A DNA stretch of 51,185 nt from Rozella allomycis CSF55 (lineage: Eukaryota), in NCBI GenBank assembly GCA_000442015.1, contig KE560903.1, positions 62,001 through 113,185 of the forward strand, in the 5' to 3' direction. A program made the translations under genes and the position numbers. The notes beneath the pieces were generated by a model, which was given only the letters and a program-made list of their open reading frames with translations, was not told the DNA's origin and did not search any database. Of this stretch, positions 36,794 through 49,427 are shown piece after piece. The stretch's first letter is position 1. Each line of letters begins with the position of its first letter.

Positions 36794-37922
36794 TTATTTT
36801 ATAGAACATTCCAAAGATAGATCAATATAATCTGGCAAAGTACTTTGGGTTCTTTCAAAAACTTGAAGGAAGCTACTTTTAGAACGTGAGTTTTCTGAAA
36901 TCTCATATTTTGATGGATGGACTTTTTGAATCTTTTTGACAAAATCTCTTTTCCCCAACATTTTCTTTACAACTAGACCTTCATCAGGTTGAAAAGTAAT
37001 AACTAAATAGTCGATTTTATAGAGTTTTACTCAAAAATAGTCCACCCGGCTTAATTAACCTAAGTGCGTTATATATACCCCTTTTTAATTCTTCCATCTA
37101 AGTTAAAAGTAATTTCTATGCGTACTTCATTGTTAATAAAAACTCTCAAAGCTTGATATGGCTTTTTGCAGCAATCTTGTGGACTCATGTGTAATAGTGA
37201 AGTAATTTGAGAAGTTAATTGATAAGTGGTTTGAAATGGACGATATTTTGCTATCATTTGTGTGATCCTTTTGGCATTATGATAGTTGACATCACCATGC
37301 TAATCAAATGGATGGAATATAGATACCTTTGTAAAAATTGTTATCAATTCACTCTCTGAAAATCTGTTAATAACATCTTCTGCTTTCATATCTTCTTCTC
37401 CAGTGTTCTTCCTTCCGGTAATTCTTAACCAGTCGCTCGGTGTAAACAATTCGTGAACCAATTCATATTGACCAAATCTCATATCTAAAGGACCTTAATT
37501 ACCAATCCTGGTGTATGTTTACCATCTTTTAAGTATGAAAAACCTCTATCTTCTTGATCAACTTGCATTGAGCTAAATCCAATATCCATCATTACAACAT
37601 CGACTTCCTTTTCGGGGCTATTTTGATAAAGCTCTGAAAACTTTGTGAAGCAAGGAACAACCTTGTGAGCATTATACGATTCTACATTCAATGCCAATTT
37701 TATGGCTTTAGGATCTCTATCGCAAGCAATTATTCTCGTCCTTTTAAAGACATCTAATTTTGTGGTTACTTTTGTATTACCTAATATAGCCTTTGAAAAG
37801 TTTCCGCAGCCATACGTTGCATCTAAAAGAATTTTAGGACCAGTCGGAAATTGAGATTTAATGGCCATTAATGATTCTTCTAACAATACTGCTACATGGC
37901 GAGGTGAAGGAACGCATGACAT
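36794..37922 (-). CDS. METTL15: RsmH/MraW-family rRNA m4C methyltransferase (METTL15-like), divergent
   Basis: HVAVLLEE, DATYG.G, DRDP, MDIGFSSMQVD...RGFSYLKDGPLDMR, YQALRVFINNE, N.RSKS; 5 introns. Confidence 0.85.
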
Positions 37923-37965
37923 GGAGTTCGCAAAATCCACAAACTGAAATTTACACCTTCCTTTG

Positions 37966-39257
37966 ATGGGCTTGTTTTCAGCTCTAACTAGTGTTTTGGT
38001 AAAGTTTATTGTTGAATTTTAAAGACCTCTTCGTCAAAATCAATATCTTCCACAGGCAACACAGATCCTAACCTCGAATCACGTTTCTTTGGTTTATCAA
38101 ATGTATTGTGATCAATCAGATTTAATTAGTTTGGAAATACATGTTATTGCAATTCAGTTATACAAGCACTTTTTCATTGCAAAGACTTTCGAAACTCGCT
38201 AATTGATACGTTAGCAGCAGAAACGAAATCATTACCAACAACCCCTTTGAGTCCTTTTGAACAAGAAAAGGCATTCACTTCACATTTCAACGATTCGCAA
38301 CCAAATTTACGAGGAATTAAAGAGCAGAACGATGAAGAAAAATCTCTATTTTACGCCTTAAGAGATCTATTTATAAAATTGCGTGCCCAGAAAAAGCAAA
38401 CTGGTTATTTACAACCCAAAAAGTTAATTTTGAGTATTAAACAGAAAAACGGTAAGAATAACGTTTAATACGCAAAAAGAAATATTCCAAAATTCTGCTC
38501 AACATGACGCACATGAATTGTTAAATTTTGTTTTAAACACTATTGATGAAGAAATGAAAGAAAAGTCGTGTGTCAAAGAGTTATTCAAAGGGACTCTTGC
38601 AAACGAAACAAGATGTTGCAATTGCGAGACAGTAACATTGATAGGTTTTCAACTTAGATTACCAGGCGCGAAGAAGATTTCATTGATCTTTCTTTAGAAA
38701 TAGAGCAAAATGTTTCGATTTCCAACTGCATGGCAAAATTTTCTGCAAAAGAGTTGCTTGCTGGCAAAAACAAATTCTTTTGCGATGTTTGTCAATCATA
38801 CCAAGAAGCCGAGAAAAGAATGCTGATCAAAAACTTGCCAAAAATACAAATCATTCAATTAAAGAGGTTTAAATACGTTGAAAGAGTTCAACGACTTATC
38901 AAACTTTCCCATAGAGTCGCGTTTCCTTTTGAGATTCAGTTTAATAACACAACTTTGGATTGCGAGCATAGGTTTAAAAACTACTCCCTTTTCGCTGTTG
39001 TAGTTCATATTGGAAGGTAATAACCTTGATTAAAATCAATTAGTGGTATGGCACAAGGGCATTATGTGACTCTAATAAGACATGAGGATAAATGGATATG
39101 TTTTGATGACGATAGAGTTATTGTAATGTAATATGTAATTCTTTTCAAGGTAACGAATGATCAATACGTGGAGCATGTATTTGGACAGGCAATTGATGGT
39201 CAGACGTCGATATCAGAAACGGGATACATTCTATTTTATGAACGGATAGAAGAATAA
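37966..39257 (+). CDS. Ubiquitin-specific protease, USP12/USP46 (Ubp9/13, CreB) type
   Basis: FFGLSNFGNTCYCNSVIQAL, QHDAHE, NKFFCDVC...QEAEKRM, LKRFKY, VVVHIG..GHYV, GYILFYE; 6 introns. Confidence 0.93.
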
Positions 39258-39294
39258 ATTAATAAATTAGATCTGCATACAATTTCTTATTTAT

Positions 39295-40362
39295 TTAAGC
39301 AAAACCAAACTTTTTGAAAATGGAAGGAGGTTTCGAATCTTCATCTCTCTCAATCTTGTACTGTAATGCACGCATTGTAGTCGCAACAGATACATCCAAA
39401 TCTGTCTTTTTAAAGTATGGAAGAGCATTCCTCAGTTTTTCATTGCATAAAGTTATGTGAAAGTTGGATCTTCTTTTATCGTCGAGGAATTCAGATGCAT
39501 CATCATACTTCATTTTCAGGTAACTCAAGTAGAATTCTGGCATAACTAAAACTCTACAATTTGGTTTAAATTCTTCCACAGATTCAACAATCTCTCCTAT
39601 CAATGCGTGAGTATTAGTATTGCCATGATAATGATACGTTTCGTGTTTAAAATCTGGGTCTTTCAAATGATGTTCAAGAAGATCTACCGCAGCAAATGCG
39701 ACATCAGGCAAATAGGCCGTTTCAAAGGGTTTGGTTAATGATTTCGCAATTTTCATTTTACCAGTTTTCAGAGGTTCTAGAAAGAAATAACGTGAAAAGA
39801 ATGAATCAGACATGTGTGGACCATACAAATATCCTGCTCTTAACATCAACGATCTAATTCCTGAATTTATCACCATATCTTCCATGTATTTTCTCATTTT
39901 TCCATAATACGAAGTATTTAAATTCGGATAACTTTCATCCAGAGATGTTTTAGAAGTGATGGTATCAATACTACCAGCAGGTGGGACATAATCAGGTCTG
40001 CCCAAAGGATGCGTTGTTGTTGGAAATAAAATTGTAGCATCTCTTTCTTTACATAACGTTATAGAATTATGCAATGCATGAAGCCCTTGATATCTCCAGT
40101 CTTTTCTTTGACAGTTAAATCCATGTACAACAACATCTATATTCTTTTCAGGGGCCTTGCGCATATGATCTATATTATGGATGTCGCCCTCTATAAACTC
40201 AATCTTTTCAAATTCGTATTTGTCAAAGCAAATCCTTGCCTTATCAATTGACCTAACTAATGCAGTCAATTTTACATTCAATTCTGGTCTGTTCAGTAAT
40301 TCTTGGGCCAAGCTTCTGCCAAAAGAACCTGTAATGCCGTTAATAAATATATTTAAAGTCAT
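39295..40362 (-). CDS. NAD(P)-binding epimerase / atypical SDR
   Basis: IFINGITGSFG Rossmann motif, ALVRS, GDI, YGKMR..ME, RAGYLYGP; intronless. Confidence 0.85.
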   Translation of the reverse strand: MTLNIFINGITGSFGRSLAQELLNRPELNVKLTALVRSIDKARICFDKYEFEKIEFIEGDIHNIDHMRKAPEKNIDVVVHGFNCQRKDWRYQGLHALHNSITLCKERDATILFPTTTHPLGRPDYVPPAGSIDTITSKTSLDESYPNLNTSYYGKMRKYMEDMVINSGIRSLMLRAGYLYGPHMSDSFFSRYFFLEPLKTGKMKIAKSLTKPFETAYLPDVAFAAVDLLEHHLKDPDFKHETYHYHGNTNTHALIGEIVESVEEFKPNCRVLVMPEFYLSYLKMKYDDASEFLDDKRRSNFHITLCNEKLRNALPYFKKTDLDVSVATTMRALQYKIERDEDSKPPSIFKKFGFA

Positions 40363-40465
40363 TGATAGGTTAAGTGGCTCAGTTAATTGCTGCGTAGAAA
40401 TACAAGACAATATATTGTAGGCAATCTAATTTATTACAAAATACACTTCTAAAGGTGTAATCAAT

Positions 40466-41853
40466 TCAATAAGGCGAATTGGATGGTTTTGATTTATAAG
40501 AAACTTGAAGCCTTTTGTTCCCGATATGAAAGCCATTCATTTCTTGAATAGCAGTGGCTGCAGCTTGAGGATGCTCGAAAGTGACAAAACCTTTATTAAA
40601 TTGCAACATTAACAATACCAAATCCTTTGCTTTTCTTTGTTTGAGGATCCAACCGGACTTGACATTTCAAAACAGTTCCAAATCGAGAAAACAATTGAAA
40701 TAAATCTACATCAGTAAATGTTGGAGGTATATGATAAACAAAAAGTTCCGTTGTGTCTATTCAGATAATGGAAATTTGATTACTTTGTGCTTTTCCATGA
40801 AACAGATTTTGTAAATGTTGAAGTTGGGCAAAATTAGGCTTCATAAATCCAGGAGGCGGATTCGTTGCCGTAGGACTTATCTTATCAGCTGTGTTGAATG
40901 GTTGATAACCTGCCACAGCAGGATTCGCTAGATACGGAGAAGCTACGTTGGCTAGAGGTAAAACAGGCTGCATTGGCATGGCCATGGACATCTGTTAATG
41001 AAAGATTTTCAAAATTTACTTGGACTTGTGATGCGTAAAAGTCTCTCATTGCTGTCAGTTCTTTTTGAAACTTCTTCTTCATCTTTTGTTCAGGTGTTTC
41101 AGCTGGCTTGACGCAAATCTTTTGTGTTGTCCCCTAAAATATATATGAAAGAGGCTTATTACAGGAAAAACAAATCTTTGATTTAATTCTCTGATCGCTT
41201 TTTTCGCAGACTCCACTTTAACGTATTCAACAAATCCGTAGCCTAAAGTAATATCAATCATGTTTAATGTACCTTTTAAAATTTTAGTTGTCTTGTCTTT
41301 TAATAAATTAAGTTTTTTGATTTCGCCAAACTGAGAAAATACGTGCCCGACATCCGCTTCAGAGACATGTGTAGGAATATTTCCAATGTATAAATTCTTT
41401 TGCTCATCATTTAATGCAGGTTTTATAATGAAGGTGTTATTTGACTGAATGATGAATAAAACATTGCCTTACCCTAGGTATAACCTTTCCGTTTAATTCT
41501 TGAATCACTCTTTTAGCAACTGATTTTTTAGCAAATGTAACAAACCCGCAACCTTTTCCAATTACTGGATTAGCTGTACCTTTGTGCTCATTAGTAACTG
41601 GATCGTAAACAACAGAAGCTTCCAAAACTTCTCCATACTTTTCCATGATATTTCTAATTTCAAGTTCATGATAAGAGGGAGGAAGTTGACCTAGAAATAG
41701 CTTCATCTCAACATCCTCAGGATCTTCAATACTGTTTACGGTCTCAACATTTGCCAATGGCGCTTCAGAATACTCAGATTCAGAGGATTGTATTTCTCCA
41801 TCAGATAAAGACACTTCTTGATCAATATTTCTATCACCTGATTCCACTGACAT
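40466..41853 (-). CDS. CELF/Bruno-like RNA-binding protein with three RRMs
   Basis: KLFLGQLP, GCGFVTF, LYIGNIP, GYGFVEY, LFVYHIPP.FTD.DL, KGFGFVTF, MNGFHIG.KRL.V, C-terminal PY; 6 introns. Confidence 0.88.
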
Positions 41854-42014
41854 TAAAACAAAAAATATATGTGGCTTAGTTCGTGCGTCGTTGTGCTCAT
41901 AATTTTACAATATAAAAATAAAATAAATGTTAGTATCAACCATGCCATTAATAATTCTTCTGACTAGGTCAAATATAATTGTCACACATTTTCTGAAATT
42001 TACAAGTTTTTGTT

Positions 42015-42256
42015 ATGCAAGTCGTTAGGTAACAGAAACCGATAGGTTATATTTAGAAAACGTAAAAGCGGTGCAGTAGGAGCAGCTAAATCAACATCCG
42101 CTATGATGAGTCTTTACAGTGACGAATCCCCTGGCTTCAAAGTGTAAAAAGTTATGTTTCTTTAGACGTAGTGAGCCGTTAGTTGTTCTCGTTTTTAGCA
42201 TCGTGTTTGTAGGATCTGTCTTTCTACTCCATATCTGGGCAAAATATACAAAATAA
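42015..42256 (+). CDS. SEC61B: Sec61 translocon beta subunit
   Basis: MQVVRKRKSG...MMSLYSDESPGFKVEPLVVLVFSIVFVGSVFLLHIWAKYTK after removing two 28-nt introns (42029-42056, 42144-42171). Not in the ORF track. Confidence 0.93.
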
Positions 42257-42296
42257 AGAAATCAAAAGTCATTATTTATTCATATTTTCCTGTCAT

Positions 42297-44595
42297 TTAA
42301 TCATATTCTGACATTTTATCTAGGTCGATAGGTTGACCTGTCTCGTTAGATTTCAATGGAAAGACGCGATCTACCATTTGCAGCACTTCCGTAGTGGGTT
42401 GCTGCTTTCTTGCACATTTTTCTGAGCAATAGGTGAAAATGAACTGATCATGATTAATGTCTGAAAATCGAGTTAATTGATGAATAGTTGGACAAACGTA
42501 TACCCGATATGCACTCCAATCCACTACATTTTTAGCACAATTTTCACAAGGTTCATGATTAGGAATCTGAGAGTTCAACACTTCTGGAAGAACATTTAAA
42601 TAATCCGCAATCGAATTGTTATTTAAGGCTGAAAGGAAAGCGGCCTCTTTTAATGAAGGCAGATGCTGTGACTTGAGAAGTGCAGCCTGTGGACTATCTA
42701 CAGAAGTATCCTTGTCGAAAAATTTGTTGAGTATGTGAGCAATGACAATGTTGAGTTCTTTGTATGGAATTGTTCTGGTGAAAGCATGGAAAAGGCAATG
42801 AATAGCACCCTTCTTGTCCATTTCTAATTTGCAAGAGTCTAAAGGTCAAATGAAAATAAAAACAATACTGATTAATCTCATATTGTATAGAATTGTGGAT
42901 CCAAATACATCAACCATGATGTGTTGTGGGAAATTCTCACTTACATCGTCTGCACGAGTACCAATCCTGAGGGAATAAATTCTATTTTTTGAAAAATAAT
43001 TTGATGGGCTTGTAATGGTCTGAGCGCCAACCATAGCCGAGATTACTACATCCACAACATTTTGCTCTGCTAGTTGCGTAAGAAAAACTCTTCCTTCTTA
43101 ATACAAAAACTATTTTTGTTTTACCATGAATACTCATTATTGCATTTATTGCATAAAAAGCAGTTCCGATAACGCTCTGCGATGATGGAAAATGTTTCAC
43201 GCCAGTTAATATAGTTTGAATAAAGTTATTCTCCAACAGTTGCTGGTGATTTAGATCTTTTAGAATATTATATTATTGTTCTTACATCTAGAAACAATCA
43301 TGTGTGATACGCAAAAATATGCGCCGGTTATCGAAGCTTCATCTCTTGCAATTTCCACAATTTTAAGAATATCTTTGAAGATTACATTTCTCGTTGTGGC
43401 ATCAATATTTAGTCCTAATTTAAAGAAAATGGTGCATTTACTTGAAGAAGTGATAGAAGCAACAAGATTGCAATACGGGATCGCTACTTCTATTCCGTTT
43501 ACAAACCTCGTGTGAATGTTATCGAGAAGCTTTGAGAAATTGGATTCAAATCTAATCAAATCCGCGCTTCTTAAACAATTAACTAGAACACTAACGCCTT
43601 GTAGTAACAAATCTTCATTTTCAGGATACATTTCAATCATTTCAAACACAGCAGGTATCATCCCTTTCTGAACAATAATATTGGCATTTTCTTCTGTACT
43701 TAAAATTAATAAAATTATGTACCAGAAGAGGAAAGATTAGCCAGCACGGCACACATTTCCGCACTAACATCTGACAAATTCCTGAATTTCATAAAGCAAT
43801 CTATAATCTTGGATGGTACTTTATATTTGTTAACCAGCATTCTGCATTTGTTGTTACAAATCAAGTTTGCCAAGACTGCTGATAATTGCTTCAACAAACT
43901 TGGCTTATCACTTTCTCGGTCATACACATCAACCAGAGCCGATAAGGAAACCTCATCTTCAAACAACTTTATTGCTTTAGCTATATAGCATGAACCAATA
44001 CGCTTTACTTATTCTTGAAAATATTCGCAGCAACAAGAACACATTTTCATAATTAATTCGAGTAAATGGCATTGTTCTTTTGAATCTAGCTAATTCTTCT
44101 GTAATATTCTTTTCATTAACAAAGGAAACCATGGATTTCCTCTTAAAAATTACATCCGGCGTCTCCATTGTCAAGAACCACATGATGGCTCTGATCAACT
44201 TTGTCAACATATCCACTTCTTTATTAAACAAAAGTCTATATGTCTTCATAAACACTTGTATATCAAGATATTTTTTGACAAAACAATCAATGATTTCCAT
44301 GTAAGGAAACACCGGCTCTTCATTTGTTTCCAGATCATAATAAAATAGACAGTTTAAACACGTTTCTATCAAAAGCAACTGTCTATCAAAGCTCATTCTC
44401 GAAATCAAGTCATCAAATCTTTTGTTTTGTATAGCCTCGTATTCATCTTTATCAAGTTCAAGTCCTTCAGCCTCAAATCCATAGCATTTATAGCCTAAAT
44501 TAAATCTTTTTGCCAACTCTGTCTGCGATACAATCTAAATGAAAATACTTTACCAATTTTACGCTGCTAAACCATGAAACCAAATCAAAATTCAT
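42297..44595 (-). CDS. Armadillo-type helical repeat protein with C-terminal Cys cluster (CENC...YCSEKC)
   Basis: SAVLANL, CAVLANLS..ENA.IIV.KG.IP repeats; exons joined by about 7 tiny GT-AG introns. Confidence 0.65.
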
Positions 44596-45002
44596 TTTGA
44601 AATTTCATAAACAAAGCCGTATAAAGTAGTTTAAAAGCATAAGATGATTATTTATTTCAAATCACAATGGTTTGAAAATCCCGCAAGGTTTTGTTTGAGA
44701 TATTTTTCCTACTTGTTAGTTTCTTGAAAATCTTCAAGTAACTGTTACAAGAAGGAAAATCCTTCCTCTTGCAATTCAGATTTGCTAGAGGAGCTGGAAT
44801 ACCTAACTGAGATTGAATTTGATTGCCTTTGACGTGTACCTGAAGTTGGGCTGCACACAAGCAGCGATCAAACAAAAATTATCAATGAATTGAAACTAAA
44901 TTAATAGATATAGTTTGAGTAGTGTATCAGAATTATATCACCACTGCAGTCTTGTTTTATGAATTACTTTTGCCATTTGAAAAGAATAAAAGCAAATGTT
45001 TT

Positions 45003-45609
45003 TTATTGAGCAGACACTCTCGCATGTTCTTCAATTAGCGAATCATCGTATTTATAAGGCACTACTCGACACATTCCAACCACCTTACCGCCAGACCAAA
45101 TAGCCTTCACCAATCCAACAAGTTTCACCATAGTTTCCGAATACGAATCCCAATACTCCAATTCATCTACGGCAACATTAAGCACAGACAGATCAGGACT
45201 CTGTCACACCCACAAACCATTTTTACCTTTCTCCCTTGCGGAAACCACGCCATGTACATGGGACTCCAAATCTCATCAATGTTGGCTGGATCCTGCGAAA
45301 TTTCGACTGTGCCGGACATTGAAACAAATGTATTGTTGGCTGGATCAACGAATGCTAGGCATACGTTGTTGTTTGCACGCAGTTCGGATATCTTTGAGGT
45401 ATTCAGTGATGTGATGAATTTCAATTCTCCGTTGAATTCTTTGGACTTGTGTGGAACCATGGGGAAACTGCGCAAGCGACCATTCGGACCTGTGTTTTGA
45501 GGAGATGGATGTTACCAGAGACGGTCATCATGCATTGGTGCATTGGAGAAATGAGACGCGATACTTTGTGTAAAGTTTCAGGGTTTATATTGGTAGTTTT
45601 TAATGTCAT
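45003..45609 (-). CDS. General stress protein 26 / pyridoxamine-oxidase-like FMN-binding split-barrel protein
   Basis: CMMT...G.LRSFPM, F.T...SKISEL..N.NV.LAF, VSMSG, WSP...AWFPQG...PDL..L.V.....EYWD; two 26-nt introns. Confidence 0.85.
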
Positions 45610-45726
45610 ATTCGGGATATTGGAATGACTGTATTTATATGATAGACTATCTGATCAAAAGCCAATCTTATCGTATCATTTGGCGTTCCGATCAATGACC
45701 TTGTAAAAATTAAAGAAATATAAATT

Positions 45727-48700
45727 TTATTTAACAGCTATTGGTGAATGTGGTAGACTTTTAGCTATACTCTTTCTTTTAGGGACCATTGATCTAGCGT
45801 GCCTCTCAATGGCAGATAAACCATCTCTGAATTTTGTTCTGAATAAGACGTTTGCATTGTTAAACATTCCTTCTTTGAGAGAAACGACAATGAATTGAGA
45901 GCCTTTGAATCTGTTCTTGAATAATTGACCAATATTTTGGGTGTGAGAGAGATCCAAGGCGGCATCTACTTCATCTAAAATGTACATTGGAGCAGGTTTG
46001 TATTGAAGTAGAGCTAATATGAGTGACAGTGCAACAAGAGATCTATATTGAAGGTAGAGTGAAGAGATACCTTTGGCCACCAGAGAGTTCAGTCAGAGAT
46101 TGCTTCCAAACACCACCCAAGTTGACCTTTACACATAACCCATCAATGATGTCTTGACCTTCAGGTGGATCTAATCTAGCTGTGTTTCCAGGTAATAGAT
46201 CACCAAATATGGCACCAAAATCACTATTTAAATTAAATAGATTGTGTTACTTGTTGACTTTAATCCAAGTTTTCTGTAGGGCGTCTTTCTTGTATTCATC
46301 TAATTTAATAATGGTTTGTTCAATATTCTTCTTGTCTTTTTTGACTGTTGAAAGCATTTCCTTTAAACCTTTTTCTTTTTTCTCTACAGTGTCAATCATG
46401 TCCATAACTTTAACGTTGATGTTTTTTCTTTGTTTTGAGAATAGAGATTCTAATTGAGATAATTTCTTTTTATTTTCATTCATATTGTTGAAATCAAACA
46501 ATGAATTTGGTTTATTAAAATTTCTGTTTAGAATTTAATAAAATATTTACTGTTTTTGATCTTTAATCCAATCATTGTTTGATAAAAGTTGATTTAAATG
46601 AATGTTTGAAGATGCTAATTCATTTTTGAAGGAATCAAAGGAATGATTTAATTGTTGAAGGGTTAATTCTTCTTCTTGAATTGATTTTAATTTTTCTTTT
46701 TTAATATTTTCAAATTTTGTTAATTCTTTATCAAATTTCAGAAATTTTGATTTTTCAATTTCTAAATTTCTGAAAAGAATTTCTGAATTTTCTTTTTTAG
46801 ATAAAATTGAAATTTCCAAATCATTTTCTTCTTTTCTTAAATTTTGAATTGAATTATTTGAAAGATTTATTAATTTGATTATTTCTTCAATTTCTAATTT
46901 CAATTGATTAATGTCTTGTTGTAATGTTTCAAAATTTAATCTAAAATTATTCATTTCTTGAAATTTATTGTTTATTTCATTCTTTTCTTTTATAATTTTA
47001 TTCTTTAAATCTATTAAACCCTTGTCTTTATTCTTTTCAAATTTTTTCATTTCATTTTCAATTCTTTTAATTTCATTTAAACAATCTTTTTCTTTTCTTT
47101 GTAATTCAATTTCAGATTTCTTAATTTCTTCAATTTCTTTAATTATTTCTTTAAATCTTTCAACAATTCTCGTTGATGAATTTGAATTGAATTGTTCTTT
47201 AAATAGATTAAATTCATATTCTTTCAATTCCAATTGTTTTATTAATTCTTTTAAATCTTTAATTAAATTTAAATCTTTTCTTATTTTTTCTAATTCTGAT
47301 TTTTCAGATTCAAATTCTATTTTTAGATCATGAAATTTCCTTAATCTAATTAAGAAATTTGAATTTGTAGATTTTGAACCTCCAGTTAAAGTACCAGCTG
47401 GATCATAAATATCACCATCAATTGTAACACTCTTGACTCTAATTTGTTTATTAAATGTGATTTTATTAGCAGATTCTTTATCATCACAAATGAAAATACT
47501 CCCAAAAACAAATTCTATCGCTGCTTTCACTTTATCATCAAAATTAACCAAATCAATAGCCAAATGTGATTTCCCATTCGTCGAATTCAATGCTAAATCT
47601 ATTTGCTGTTTATTCAATTTAAAACTAACAATTTTATTCAATGGAATCATCGTGCTTCTCTTTTGTAATTTCCCTTTCTCTAACAAACTAGTCGCAACCT
47701 TTTCATTGTCAACAACAACGTTAAACATTCTCCCACCAGCTGCAACCTCCAATGCCACTGAATACTTCAAATTATCTTCTGACAGTTTAATCAAATTGGC
47801 TACAATTCCCTTCACTTGACTCTTATCAAAATTTGGATATGGATCTGAATACTCAAATTCAAATTGTCTAAATTCTCTCTTCTTTTCTTCAATCAGTCTC
47901 TCCAACTCGTTCAATTTATTCATCTTTATTCTCTCTCTTTCTTTCAACATCCCTTCTTGTTCAATCTTCATTTTATTATTTTCAATCTTTGCTTTCATCT
48001 CTCTAATTTCTCTTTCATTCTTTTCCAATTCATTTATCATCCCTTGAATCTCCTTCTCGGCCTTTTTAGCCTTTGGTTCAATTTCTTCCCTTTCTTTATT
48101 CAAATGCTCAACTTTAATTTTATTTTGTTCAATACACGTTAAATAATCCCCTCTCTCATTCTTTACATTCTTTATTTGTTCATTAAAGCCACTTTCATTC
48201 CCTTCCTTTGACGAGATCCCTGTTGTTAACCCATGCAGCAATTCTTCATCCTTCTTTACTTGCTCCAACTTTCTTTCATATTCTCTTTCAATAGTTTCAA
48301 AATTAAATCCCTTCAATTCTTCTTCCTTTTCAATCAAATTTCTTTCTACTTTTTCCAATTGTTTCTTCATCTGCAATATTCTGCCTTGTTCTTCTCCAAT
48401 TGCTTCTTTTTTCAATTCTAAAACTGTTTTTAATCTAACCAACTCATTATTAGCTACATTAAATTGCTCTTCCATTTCCGCATACATGCCGCCCTTTCTG
48501 CATTCTTTGCTTTTCTTCTCTTCAATCATTTTACACTCCTTTTCTACTTGCTTAATCTCTCCATTAAATAGTTTTATATTCTCTTCACTCTCCTTTATCA
48601 ATCCTTCCAATTTCTCAATCTCCTTTGTTGCTCTCATCACCTTTGATTCCGCCTGATAATAATCATATGCCACCACAACTCTCCTCAATCTATCCACCTC

Positions 48701-49427
48701 AGTCTCCGTCTTTTGAAACTCCAAATACGCACTCCTCTCCTCTCTCAACTTGTCCAACTTTGGCGTAATAACCTCATTCAACACACTCGTAATCTCTTCA
48801 ACCTTCTTCTCCTTTTTAGCCATAGTAGTCAACGCTTTCGCCTTCCTATCCTCAAACATCCGCGTCCCAGCAGTCTCTTCAATCATCGCCAGTATCTCTG
48901 GCGGCTTCATATTCAACACCTTGGTAATCTGGCCCTGCATAATCAGAAAATGCGGATTGTTCACATTCAACTGCACTGACTGGAACAAATTCTCCACAGT
49001 CTTTTGCTGCGCAACATGTCCATTCACCATATACTTGTTCTTCCCTCCCAACACAATCTATCACTCCCCCCTTATATAATTACCTGTCGGGTAACAGTAA
49101 TGCGCGCTGAATCGGCAAACCCGATCGGCGAATGCGTCTTGTCCTCGTTATTGAAAATAATCGTCACACTCGCCTTGGTTATCCCAGCTTGGCCTCGCTT
49201 ATATATCAAATCTTGCAAATTAGTCGCTCGCACCTATTTATATACTAAAACTATGGTACATGGCGAAGATTCTCTATCCCTAGAACAAAACATATCGCAT
49301 CCAAAATATTGCTCTTGCCTGAGCCGTTAAGTCCAGTTATGGCATTAAACTCTCGGTCCCACTGGGATATCACTGTTCGCTTGGCATATGACTTGAATCC
49401 TTCGATAATCAATTCTTCTATATGCAT
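45727..49427 (-). CDS. SMC2: Condensin SMC2 subunit
   Basis: [36 protein letters not shown], hinge [39 protein letters not shown]; 5 tiny introns. Confidence 0.97.

Noticed and set aside
42100-42240. C/D snoRNA suggested by ATGATGA
   Set aside because: It is the Met-Met-Ser coding sequence of SEC61B.
44657-44905. Possible selenoprotein (DCL-TGA-RVPE on + strand) and a 72-aa minus ORF
   Set aside because: No start codon or credible splice model, no known selenoprotein motif, no SECIS seen.
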